Positions 8,262 to 17,827 of a stretch of DNA of 64,000 bases are shown piece after piece (position 1 is the first letter of the stretch; each line of letters starts with the position of its first letter). Position numbers and translations under genes: made by a program. The notes beneath the pieces are model-generated. The model had not been told where the DNA came from. It saw nothing but the letters and a program-made list of their open reading frames with translations, and searched no databases. This DNA is from Candidatus Poribacteria bacterium. GTDB lineage: Bacteria; Poribacteria; WGA-4E; WGA-3G. The stretch lies in the NCBI GenBank assembly GCA_964291315.2, contig OZ219753.1:896001-960000 (forward strand), in the 5' to 3' direction.

Positions 8262-11200
8262 ATGAACAAGACGTTTGACAGCATTACCTTAAAGATAGCT
8301 TCGCCTGAACAGATTAAAGACGCAGCGAAGCAGACCAGTTGCAGACGTAGGAAACCTACTAAGGCTACAGACGGTCCTTTTATTTGTCCAGAGAAAGGAA
8401 CATGTAACTGCGGTGAGGTCAAGAAGTCAGAGACAATTAACTACCGTTCTTTTCGACCTGAATCCGATGGGCTTTTCTGTGAGGCCATTTTCGGTCCTCA
8501 AAAGACTTGGGAATGTAGTTGCGGCAAGTATAAGCGTAAGAAGCATGCGGGGATAATATGTGACCGTTGTGGTGTTGAAGTTGCGAAACACAAGGTTCGC
8601 AGAGAGCGACTTGGTTACATCCAACTCGCTGCGCCTGTTTCTCATATATGGTACTTCAAAGGTATCCCCTCTCGCCTTGGTATTTTCTGTGAGCTCTCTT
8701 CTCGGCAGGTTGAGCTTGTGCTTTACTTCGATGCTTTTATTGTGATTGAGGTAACGGATCCGGAGTGCCCCTTGGACCCTCGGCAGGTTTTAACTGAGCT
8801 TGAGTACCTTGAAAACATGAAGAAATACCCGGGTGGATTCCGTGCTGGAACAGGTGCCGAAGTAATCCGCGAAATTTTGAGTGGTATTGATCTTGAAGAA
8901 GAGGTGAAGCAGTTAAGTGAGGCCTTGAAGGAAACCTCGAGTCATCAGAAAAAGCTTAAACTCACTAAGCAGTTGAAGCAAATAGCTGAGTTTGCAGACG
9001 TTGGACAACGCCCTGAGTGGATGATTCTCGATGTAATCCCGGTTATCCCGCCTGATTTGCGACCGCTTGTCCCCCTTGAAGGTGGGCGTTTCGCTACGAG
9101 TGACCTCAATGATCTCTATCGTCGCATTATTAATCGCAACAACCGACTCCGTAAGTTGATACAACTCCGTTCTCCAGAGGTCATTCTCCGGAACGAGAAG
9201 CGGATGCTCCAAGAAGCAGTCGACGCATTTTTCGACAACGGTCGGCACGGTAGGCGTGTCACCGGTCCCGGTAACCGCCCGCTCAAATCGCTTGCTGATG
9301 TTCTTAAAGGTAAGACTGGGCGTTTCCGCCAGAACCTTTTGGGAAAACGGGTTGACTATTCTGCCCGGAGTGTTATTGTGGTTGGTCCTGAATTGGCGCT
9401 GCACCAATGTGGTATTCCGAAACAAATGGCGGTGGAGCTGTTCAAACCGTTCATTATTGAAAGACTCCAAACGCATAACTATGCGCAGACGATTAAACGC
9501 GCCAAATATTTGGTCGAAAACCTTAGCGCTGACTCGCCTATATGGGAAGTCGTAGAGGAAGTGATTGCAGACCATCCGGTCTTGCTTAACCGGCCACCGA
9601 CATTACACCGGTTGGGCATTCAAGCATTTCAGCCGGTTTTGGTAGAGGGAAAATCGATCAGAATTCCGCCGCTCGTCTGTAAGGCATTCAACGCTGACTT
9701 TGACGGAGACCAGATGGCAGTTCACGTACCAATCACCGTTGAGGCGCAGGCTGAAGCGAAACTTTTGATGCTCAGCAGTCATAATATTCTCAAACCCTCA
9801 CATGGGGAACCTGTTACTGTTCCGGAACTTGACATGGTCCTTGGAGCCGGCTTCCTCACTAAGACGTTGCCTGAACACGCTGAAGATGCGACGCTCTTGC
9901 ACGACGCATATACAGTGAAGTCCCCCGGCACTTTTGATGCCCTTCGGGACAAACCGTGGTATCACCGGCGCTACACCCGTTCTGAAGATGTAATCGCTGC
10001 TCATGTAGCGGGTCAACTGCATCTACATGATAGCATTCAATACTTCTGTAGTCCTCGCGGAAATGGAAAAGCTATAGAGCCTATTTTGACAACGGTGGGG
10101 AGGATTATCTTTAACGAGGTATTACCAGATGAGTTAACGTGGGAAGATACATATTCTCATCAGCAGCTCCCATTTTTCAATGATGAGGCGGGTGGGAGAG
10201 CACTGTCTGCTCTAACCCGCAAATGTTTTAACCACCCCGAATTGGGTACGCGTGCAGCAACCGAGATGCTTGAGAAAATCCAAAAACTTGCTTTGGAGTA
10301 TGCAACGTTGAGTGGCATTTCACCCGGTATCAAGGATTATCTGACTCCTGAGAACCGGAATGCCTTGGTCAACAATGCACAGTCACAAATCGATACGCTT
10401 CTAGAAGATGCGTCTGCAAGTGATGGGGAGGAGTACGAAAACAAGCAGATCCGCATTTGGATGGACGCAATGAATAAAATAGAAGATGAGATGTTCAGTA
10501 CCTTGCCTAAGATAAGGACCCCGCTTGTTGAACGCGGGGATATGCGCAAACTTCATCCGTATGTCGATCCCGATGGTACAGAGACAGAAAATGAAGCGGT
10601 AGAAGGGTTCAGTCCAGTGCATATCATGGCAGACAGCGGGGCGCGTGCGCGCAAAAATCCGTTTATGCAGATCAGTGCTTTCATCGGGTTGAAGGCAAAA
10701 CAGGACGGCAACATTCTCATTCCGCCCATAGGGACATCTAATTACAGTCAAGGGGACGAGCTTCCTAACTATTTCTGCTCTTATCGTGAAGGTTTAGATG
10801 TTATTGACTATTTTAATTCTACCTACGGTTCGCGTAAAGGCCTGGTTGACACTGCGATGAAAACCGCTGCATCCGGATATCTCACTCGGAAGCTGGTGGA
10901 TGTTGCGCAAGAGGTCCGTGTTACCGCCCAAGACTGTGGAACGTTTAATAGTATCCAGAAATTTTCGACTGCGCGTTCAGATATCGCTTTTCAGATTAAT
11001 GGGCGTGCTGCTGCGGAAGACGTCGTGCATCCAGAGACTGATGATGTGTTGGTTCCTGCGAATCATATCATCTCAGCAGAGAGAGCGGAAGAGATTGGCA
11101 AGCTTGGTATAAGAGTAGTAAAAGTCCGTTCTGTATTGACCTGCGAAGCGGAGGAGGGTGTGTGCGCCAAGTGCTACGGCAACGATCTCACGACGAATAG

Positions 11201-14174
11201 TCTCGTCAATGTTGGCGAAGCTATCGGCATCATTGCGGCGCAATCTATCGGGGAGCCGGGAACACAGCTCACGATGCGGACGTTCCATACTGGGGGTGCT
11301 GTAGAAGACGTTTCTGAAGCCCGTCAGCGCAGGATTTTATCTAAGGTTAGCGGAACTACGCGGTTTCTCGATTTCCAACCTGGCCGCACGGTCCGAAAAG
11401 AGGGCAATCTCTGGATAGCGACTGAGGATCGTATGAACCTTGATGGACCTGCCTATAAGGTCTTGAAAGTTAATCACCCGGAGTGCCAATTGCGTCAAGG
11501 CGAGCTTCTCAGCGAGAAGCAATATGTCGAAAATACTGAACGTTACAAAGGTTTTGACACTAAAGCGTGGCAGTATAAAGTTACTGATGTATTAGATAGG
11601 TACTGCGATTTGAAGGCCGGTGATCGCCTATCTCAGGTTCAATACGTTGAGGCACAAGAAAAACACGGTTTCCAGCGTTTCGCAGAGATTCACGTTCGCG
11701 TGACAAAGGTAAACCATCCGGATGTCGATCTGAAGTCGGGTGATCTGCTTACCGTCGATAACGCGGAAACGTTGAAGAACGAAATTCGACAGCAGTTTGG
11801 CGGAAAATGGCACTATGTAGATTCGGAAACAGACGCTCGTCTCACCTTCGATACTCTCGCCGAGAATGCTGTGGTTGATGCTTCTCTTAGTAGTGAAGAA
11901 CGAGATGCTAATTTCAAGCGGGTTTATCATATCGACGAGAAGACAAGTGAAGCCTTTCCGTTTGAAGTAGGGGAAGAGATTTCGGCGGAAGAGATTATGC
12001 CGTGGCTTACGCCCTTTGAGGTGGATTCAAAGCCTGTCTACGTCATGAGTACTGAAATTCCGGATGCTCCTGCTCTTCTTAAGCAGCCGGCTCGGTCGGA
12101 GGAAGACACATCCTCGGAGGTTCCGCCGCTTAGGAAGGGGCAAGAGCTAACTGAGCGTCAATACGCGGAGGCTTGCACGCAGTACAAGCGGCTTGAACGG
12201 TCATTTAAAGTTGAGAGGCAGGAAACTGAACAGTACATTGTCACAGCTGTGTATCATCCTGATTGTCTTTTTGAAGTCGGCGATGAGCTAACAAAGGACG
12301 AGGTAGAACGCGCGCATCGGAAATTCCCTGGTTTTGAAGCACCGCCTCTGAAGCACCGCGTAGGACGAGTCTATCATCCTAGTTGCCCGCTCAAACAAGG
12401 TGACCTGCTTACGGATACTGAGAAAAAACAGTTGGGTATAGAATATCCTGCTGTTACCTTTGATGAAAAAGCATCCGAGACGCCGAGTGATGCGATTAAG
12501 GCGGAGCGTCTCTATCGGGTCACAGCTGTTAACCGCGACGATTGTCCCTTCGAGGAAGGAGATCAACTCACATCCAAGGAGGTCAACGCGTCGCGTCGCC
12601 AATACAGAGGGTTTGATGTTGAATCCTATTTTGAGGTAACAAAGATTGAGGGCGAGACTACAACGTTAACTGTTGGCCAGCGCCTCACAGAAACGCAAAA
12701 GAGGGCGCTCTTGAAATCGGAGACTTCTCTTAAGGTTGAGCTTACAAGAGGGTACACGGTTCTTGCTGTGTATCACCCTGATCTCAAGGGGGAATTAGAA
12801 GTAGGTGGGGAACTGACCGAGGCTAAGTACAAATCATACAACCGAAAGTTCAAAGGTTTCGATGCTGTAATTGAGAATTACCGGATCCTTGAAGATAAAC
12901 GGAATATTGAGGATCCTCTTAAGCTTGGGGCTGAATTTTCCACCAAGGAATATCGTAAACTTAAGAAGGAAAGCCAGCAACCCACCTACACTCTCACTGA
13001 TGTTTACCATGCAAGCTTTGTGACAACAAAAACTGCTAACCCGAATAGCGCTCTCGAATCGGAACGCGCCCACTTTGTTCCGATCGGGCATCGGGAAGCG
13101 GCTAGCGCAAAGCTGGCTGCGGAGACACCTTCTGAGCATAGCGCAGATCGCTTCTATAGTGAGGGGGATGTGTTACCACCTGCGACAGCTGATAGTGTCA
13201 AGAAGGGGGAATGTCCTGGATTTGAAGTGGACGAGCTGGCCTTACGGATGCGTATTGAGATTGAGATGGGCGATGGAACTCGCGTGCCGCATGTGATTCC
13301 GCTAGGTTACTCTTTTGATATTAAAGAGGGTGATAAAATTCAGGCGGGTGAAACTCTTGCGGAGCTCCACGAAAGAACTGCGAACAGCGACATTGTGGCA
13401 GGTATTCCACGTGTCACTGAACTATTTGAGGCGCGCCCTCCGAAAACCGATGATGCCGCTGAGATTGCCGAAATTGAGGGATACGTCAGGTCGGCGGGGA
13501 TAAAGAACGGTGTGCCCAACTATCGGGTTGAACATGGAGACTACAAAAGTCGGCTCTATCCGATCCCTGATGAAAAACGCCGCGTCGCTGAGGGCGATTG
13601 GGTCAATGCAGGCGATACTTTGACTGATGGCTTTCTGAATCCACACGATATTTTACGCATTGGGCGTACTACGATCGAGGGGGTGTCTGTTGAAGGTGAG
13701 GAAGCAGTTTGGGCATACCTTGTGGACGAGGTCCAAAAAGTCTACGGTGCGGGCACTATCAATGATAAACACGTTGAGACAATCGTTCGGCAGATGTTAA
13801 CCAAGATTCGTATCAAAGAACCGGGAGATACCCGTTTCTATTCAAACGATGAGGTACAGCGCAGAGAATTCCAACGTGTTAACAGTGAAGTTGAGGCAAG
13901 TGGCGGTATCCCTGCTGTTGGTGAACCGATTCTCCAAGGCATCAGTAAGGCTTCCTTGAGCACAGATAGCTTTATTTCTGCTGCTTCTTTCCAACAGACG
14001 ACGAAAGTTCTGACCGATGCCGCGGTCACTGGACAAACCGATAAACTCTACGGGTTGAAAGAGAACGTCATCCTCGGGCGACTGATCCCTGTCGGTAGTG
14101 GATTCCCTGATTTTCGGAGCTTAGAGGTTCACTCTGTTGACCCCGAAATGGTAGAGACCGGGGACGATGATTAA
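8262..14174 (+). CDS. rpoC: DNA-directed RNA polymerase subunit beta-prime with very large trigger-loop insertion
   Basis: Zn finger CSCGKYK...CDRCGVEV, GRFRQNLLGKRVDYS, NADFDGDQMAVH catalytic motif, GEPGTQLTMRTFHTGG, GLKENVILGRLIPVG; RBS AGGAGG. Confidence 0.99.
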   Translation: MNKTFDSITLKIASPEQIKDAAKQTSCRRRKPTKATDGPFICPEKGTCNCGEVKKSETINYRSFRPESDGLFCEAIFGPQKTWECSCGKYKRKKHAGIICDRCGVEVAKHKVRRERLGYIQLAAPVSHIWYFKGIPSRLGIFCELSSRQVELVLYFDAFIVIEVTDPECPLDPRQVLTELEYLENMKKYPGGFRAGTGAEVIREILSGIDLEEEVKQLSEALKETSSHQKKLKLTKQLKQIAEFADVGQRPEWMILDVIPVIPPDLRPLVPLEGGRFATSDLNDLYRRIINRNNRLRKLIQLRSPEVILRNEKRMLQEAVDAFFDNGRHGRRVTGPGNRPLKSLADVLKGKTGRFRQNLLGKRVDYSARSVIVVGPELALHQCGIPKQMAVELFKPFIIERLQTHNYAQTIKRAKYLVENLSADSPIWEVVEEVIADHPVLLNRPPTLHRLGIQAFQPVLVEGKSIRIPPLVCKAFNADFDGDQMAVHVPITVEAQAEAKLLMLSSHNILKPSHGEPVTVPELDMVLGAGFLTKTLPEHAEDATLLHDAYTVKSPGTFDALRDKPWYHRRYTRSEDVIAAHVAGQLHLHDSIQYFCSPRGNGKAIEPILTTVGRIIFNEVLPDELTWEDTYSHQQLPFFNDEAGGRALSALTRKCFNHPELGTRAATEMLEKIQKLALEYATLSGISPGIKDYLTPENRNALVNNAQSQIDTLLEDASASDGEEYENKQIRIWMDAMNKIEDEMFSTLPKIRTPLVERGDMRKLHPYVDPDGTETENEAVEGFSPVHIMADSGARARKNPFMQISAFIGLKAKQDGNILIPPIGTSNYSQGDELPNYFCSYREGLDVIDYFNSTYGSRKGLVDTAMKTAASGYLTRKLVDVAQEVRVTAQDCGTFNSIQKFSTARSDIAFQINGRAAAEDVVHPETDDVLVPANHIISAERAEEIGKLGIRVVKVRSVLTCEAEEGVCAKCYGNDLTTNSLVNVGEAIGIIAAQSIGEPGTQLTMRTFHTGGAVEDVSEARQRRILSKVSGTTRFLDFQPGRTVRKEGNLWIATEDRMNLDGPAYKVLKVNHPECQLRQGELLSEKQYVENTERYKGFDTKAWQYKVTDVLDRYCDLKAGDRLSQVQYVEAQEKHGFQRFAEIHVRVTKVNHPDVDLKSGDLLTVDNAETLKNEIRQQFGGKWHYVDSETDARLTFDTLAENAVVDASLSSEERDANFKRVYHIDEKTSEAFPFEVGEEISAEEIMPWLTPFEVDSKPVYVMSTEIPDAPALLKQPARSEEDTSSEVPPLRKGQELTERQYAEACTQYKRLERSFKVERQETEQYIVTAVYHPDCLFEVGDELTKDEVERAHRKFPGFEAPPLKHRVGRVYHPSCPLKQGDLLTDTEKKQLGIEYPAVTFDEKASETPSDAIKAERLYRVTAVNRDDCPFEEGDQLTSKEVNASRRQYRGFDVESYFEVTKIEGETTTLTVGQRLTETQKRALLKSETSLKVELTRGYTVLAVYHPDLKGELEVGGELTEAKYKSYNRKFKGFDAVIENYRILEDKRNIEDPLKLGAEFSTKEYRKLKKESQQPTYTLTDVYHASFVTTKTANPNSALESERAHFVPIGHREAASAKLAAETPSEHSADRFYSEGDVLPPATADSVKKGECPGFEVDELALRMRIEIEMGDGTRVPHVIPLGYSFDIKEGDKIQAGETLAELHERTANSDIVAGIPRVTELFEARPPKTDDAAEIAEIEGYVRSAGIKNGVPNYRVEHGDYKSRLYPIPDEKRRVAEGDWVNAGDTLTDGFLNPHDILRIGRTTIEGVSVEGEEAVWAYLVDEVQKVYGAGTINDKHVETIVRQMLTKIRIKEPGDTRFYSNDEVQRREFQRVNSEVEASGGIPAVGEPILQGISKASLSTDSFISAASFQQTTKVLTDAAVTGQTDKLYGLKENVILGRLIPVGSGFPDFRSLEVHSVDPEMVETGDDD

Positions 14175-14201
14175 GGTCGTAAGTAAATGTGAATAGAAAA
14201 A

Positions 14202-14240
14202 ACGAAAGGGTGGAAGGTATATTACCTTCCACCCTTTCGT
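14202..14240. terminator. Intrinsic terminator between convergent rpoC and fumC
   Basis: Perfect 18-bp stem ACGAAAGGGTGGAAGGTA-tat-TACCTTCCACCCTTTCGT with an A tract on the left, which is a U tract for the minus strand. Confidence 0.85.
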
Positions 14241-14337
14241 CGTCTTAATAATTATCGGGAACCCCCGGGGCGTGTTATGTAAAATGTATAACGTTCATAG
14301 AGTTTTGTCGCTGACCGCTAGCCGCCGGGATCTAATT

Positions 14338-15729
14338 TCAACCCAAATTCGGGTGCGTCATATCCGCTGGCACGACAAGGTTGTCGAAAGCCTCTCCGGT
14401 CAATACCTCTAAGGCAACGGCAGCTTCGCGGAGTGTGCATCCCTGCTCATGGGCATATTGTGCCACCTTTGCTGCTCTGTCGTACCCGATATGTGGGGTC
14501 AGAGCAGTTACGAGCATTAGAGAGCTCGACAAGTGATGTCCAATCACTGCAGTGTCTGGAAGGATACCTTCAACACAATTTGTTTGGAACGATTCACATG
14601 CGTCCCCGAGAAGTTGTATAGATTGCAGGGCGTTATATGCAATCACAGGCATAAACACATTCAATTGCAACGTACCGTTCGCCCCTGCGAATGCCAAGGT
14701 GGTATCGTTCCCTATAACTTGTGCGCACACCATCGTGACGGCTTCGCATTGGGTTGGGTTTACCTTTCCGGGCATGATAGAGCTCCCTGGTTCCATTTCT
14801 GGTAAGCGTAATTCGCCGAGGCCGCACCGTGGTCCTGAAGCGAGCCATCGGATATCGTTTGCTATTTTAAACAACCCGACGGCGAGCGTTTTCAACGCGC
14901 CGCTTGTGCTCACCACTGCATCTCTTGATGCTAGCGCCTCGAATGCGTTCGGTGCCCGTTTCAGTTGACGGATTCCTGTTGTTTCCGAAAGCTTCTCCAC
15001 AACTTGTGCTGCGTAGTCAGGATGGGTATTTAATCCTGTCCCAACAGCCGTACCGCCAATTGGGAGCTCACAAAGTTGTGGAAGTGAAGTCTTGATCCGT
15101 TGTTCTGTTGCGGCCAGTTGTTGGACATAAGCGCTAAATTCTTGTCCGAGCGTAAGCGGGGTTGCATCCATCAGATGTGTCCGTCCAATTTTAACAATAT
15201 CTGAAAATTCGGACACTTTCTCGGAGAATGCGGTTTTCAGCTCAACCAAGCGCGGCAACAAATGCTCCTCAATTTGTTTGACCATCGCCAGATGGATAGA
15301 TGTAGGGAAAACGTCGTTTGTTGACTGCGATTTGTTAACATGGTCATTCGGATGAACGGGATCTTTACTGCCAAGTTCTCCGCCGAGCATTTCAATGGCG
15401 CGATTCGCTATCACCTCATTGACGTTCATATTTGTTTGTGTGCCACTACCTGTCTGCCAGATACGGAGCGGGAAATGGCTATCCAACGTACCATCAATGA
15501 CTTCTGCTGCTGCCCTGCTAATTGCTTGGGCAAGCCTGGGTTGGAGTAGTCCAAGATCAGCGTTCACTTGGGCCACTGCCTGTTTGATGGTTCCGAGTGC
15601 CCATATAGAGGCGCGTGGCAGCTGTTCAGTCCCAATCTTAAAATTTTGGAGCGCGCGCTGCGTCTGTGCCCCCCAATATCGATTATCCGGAACTTGAAGC
15701 TCGCCCATACTGTCTGTTTCAGTTCGCAT
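14338..15729 (-). CDS. fumC: Fumarate hydratase class II
   Basis: [46 protein letters not shown]. Confidence 0.97.
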   Translation of the reverse strand: MRTETDSMGELQVPDNRYWGAQTQRALQNFKIGTEQLPRASIWALGTIKQAVAQVNADLGLLQPRLAQAISRAAAEVIDGTLDSHFPLRIWQTGSGTQTNMNVNEVIANRAIEMLGGELGSKDPVHPNDHVNKSQSTNDVFPTSIHLAMVKQIEEHLLPRLVELKTAFSEKVSEFSDIVKIGRTHLMDATPLTLGQEFSAYVQQLAATEQRIKTSLPQLCELPIGGTAVGTGLNTHPDYAAQVVEKLSETTGIRQLKRAPNAFEALASRDAVVSTSGALKTLAVGLFKIANDIRWLASGPRCGLGELRLPEMEPGSSIMPGKVNPTQCEAVTMVCAQVIGNDTTLAFAGANGTLQLNVFMPVIAYNALQSIQLLGDACESFQTNCVEGILPDTAVIGHHLSSSLMLVTALTPHIGYDRAAKVAQYAHEQGCTLREAAVALEVLTGEAFDNLVVPADMTHPNLG

Positions 15730-15891
15730 TATCTATTTGTGCCTTTCGTTACATAGAATTTTTATTATCTACATTCTAGTACAAGCTACTGTATTGACAA
15801 ATTTTACCACAGTTTCGGTAGCTGTTTCAACTGATTTGTATAAGCGTTCTGGTTCTTCTGAATGTTTATAGTCCCTTATAAGTCCTTTAAT

Positions 15892-15920
15892 TTGCTATTT
15901 TCTCTTAGACATGTTATAGT
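15892..15920 (+). promoter_or_regulatory. Putative sigma70 promoter with extended -10
   Basis: TTGCTA, 17 bp, TATAGT preceded by TGT. Confidence 0.5.
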
Positions 15921-16043
15921 TAATAGTTGTCAGTTATGGATTAAGCGTGATCGGTGAGGTCTCCAGCGTTTACGGCTGCCGTAAAGAACGAGCCGGTGCC
16001 TGACAGTTGGGGCCCAACAACTATAAAAGGAGGTGTATCGCGA

Positions 16044-17099
16044 GTGGATTCAACATTGGCCAATCCGTATTTAACGAATGCTTTGATGCCGCCGCCGCCG
16101 CAGACCTATTCTTATAAGCGCTGGCAGGACCGCGGGTATCATCCTCATCTACGTCCAATTTCGCCTGACAGTGAATGTGGGACGTTAATAGGTCAGATGG
16201 GTTGGGTGGGTGCCCATGCCCATGCTCATGAATATTTGTGGGCGACTGCTGGAAATATGGGCTATCTCTTAACGGAGCCTGTTGAAGATGCATGTCTCAT
16301 CCCTTATGAAACCTCGCCACGTTATCAATTACCCCCGCAAATCGTTGTTAAAGAGTTAGCTGGCAGACATGTACTGCTGACAAAATCGGGATCACGTTTA
16401 GACATGATTGGTATTGAACATCCGGCACTCAATGTAACGTTGATTGAGGTTGAGCCGGATGGAGAGCATTATCGGATGCGTTTCGGCACGCCAGATCAGA
16501 TAACATTGGATGAAAAGTGCCCCGGTGTTGAACCGCCGGCACCAACAAGTGAGATGTTCCACTATCTTCTCATTTTTGAACAGTTAGAGGAACGAGGGTT
16601 TAATGCGCTTGTCCATTTGCAGCCAAAGTTTTTGAACCTGATCTCTCGCACGGAGCATGGCGCGCCGGATCGATTTTATGACTTCCTCAGGGGGTACGAG
16701 CCAGAAACCCCAATTATATACGATGCGTCCAGCGGAATTGGATTCGTGGAGGAGCGAGCTCCGGGGATTCCGGAACTGTCCTATGAGAGTCTGCGCCTTT
16801 TTCAGAATAGTGAGGGTCCAGAACGATATATCCTCTATTGGATAGGGCATGGCACGTTTTCACGAGGCAGCGACCTCCTTGATGCCTATAAACATGCTGA
16901 ATACTTCGAGGCTGCGGCACGGATGGCTTGGGAAGCAAACCAGCAGACTGTTAGAGCACAAGCCTATACAGAAGAGATCGTTAGCTGTATTTTACGCGAG
17001 TTCCATGCGAACCGCGAGGTCAATAATAGACACTCAGATATGGATTCCACAGAACCTGATACACTAGGGCAGTCTGAAAACGTTTATAATTATCCATAA
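16044..17099 (+). CDS. Class II aldolase/adducin family protein, rhamnulose-1-phosphate aldolase-like
   Basis: AGNMGY, LLTKSGS, PTSEMFHY, ALVHLQP, WIGHGTFSRG...AEYFEAAA; AGGAGGT RBS before GTG 16044 (ORF open from 15954). Confidence 0.65.
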   Translation: MDSTLANPYLTNALMPPPPQTYSYKRWQDRGYHPHLRPISPDSECGTLIGQMGWVGAHAHAHEYLWATAGNMGYLLTEPVEDACLIPYETSPRYQLPPQIVVKELAGRHVLLTKSGSRLDMIGIEHPALNVTLIEVEPDGEHYRMRFGTPDQITLDEKCPGVEPPAPTSEMFHYLLIFEQLEERGFNALVHLQPKFLNLISRTEHGAPDRFYDFLRGYEPETPIIYDASSGIGFVEERAPGIPELSYESLRLFQNSEGPERYILYWIGHGTFSRGSDLLDAYKHAEYFEAAARMAWEANQQTVRAQAYTEEIVSCILREFHANREVNNRHSDMDSTEPDTLGQSENVYNYP

Positions 17100-17155
17100 G
17101 CAGCGTTTGGGGGCATCAGAGCACGAATATTCTCAGAACAGGAGGAACAAAATAG

Positions 17156-17827
17156 ATGCGAGAACCTATGGACTTCCAAGGCCTAGAGCATGAGAACACG
17201 GAAACCGAAACGGAACCGGCACGAGAGCAGTTAGAATCCCAGCTTCGTGACAGCATTCTGGGTAGGTATATCAGGAGTTATAATAGACGTTTGCGTACTC
17301 TCAGCCAAGAATTAGAGGGCATGCGACACCAAGTTGATGACAAACTCACTCGTATAGACAGGCGGGTTACCGAAGAAATAGCAGAGGTTAAGGCTGATAT
17401 TCGTAGTGTTTCTGCCAAGTTTGGGAACGAAGATGCTGGGCTCTCCTTAAACAAAATTGAGGGGCTCATTGACGCAAAGATCGATGCGAGGTTAGACGGA
17501 ATTACTGCGCGTGGCGAAGCAGATCTCCAAAAATTATCAACGTTAGTAAACGAATTCGCCCATGAATTTCAAACGGAAATTGATCGACTCAGCGGTGAAA
17601 CCAAACTACTCCGAGAACAAGCACGTCGGAATCAGGAGACCTTACGCACAGAGTTAGTCTCTGAAACTGAAACCCTTGAAACCACAAAAGTTGACCGGCT
17701 AACTTTAGCGGAAACCCTCATTATGCTGGGAATGAAATTGAAAGACGAGAATTTGTTGAATGAATTCGGAATAAATCTGGAGCTTGATGAAGTCTTAGAT
17801 GGGATCTCAGAGAATGACGAAAGCTAG
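17156..17827 (+). CDS. Coiled-coil hypothetical protein
   Basis: Heptad-rich helical ORF with AGGAGG RBS; overlaps the next gene. Confidence 0.7.
   Translation: MREPMDFQGLEHENTETETEPAREQLESQLRDSILGRYIRSYNRRLRTLSQELEGMRHQVDDKLTRIDRRVTEEIAEVKADIRSVSAKFGNEDAGLSLNKIEGLIDAKIDARLDGITARGEADLQKLSTLVNEFAHEFQTEIDRLSGETKLLREQARRNQETLRTELVSETETLETTKVDRLTLAETLIMLGMKLKDENLLNEFGINLELDEVLDGISENDES

Noticed and set aside
2917-14174. Inteins as the cause of the oversized RpoB/RpoC
   Set aside because: No C/S-start and HN-C/S/T splice junctions or LAGLIDADG motifs were seen; the inserts are repeat modules at surface sites.
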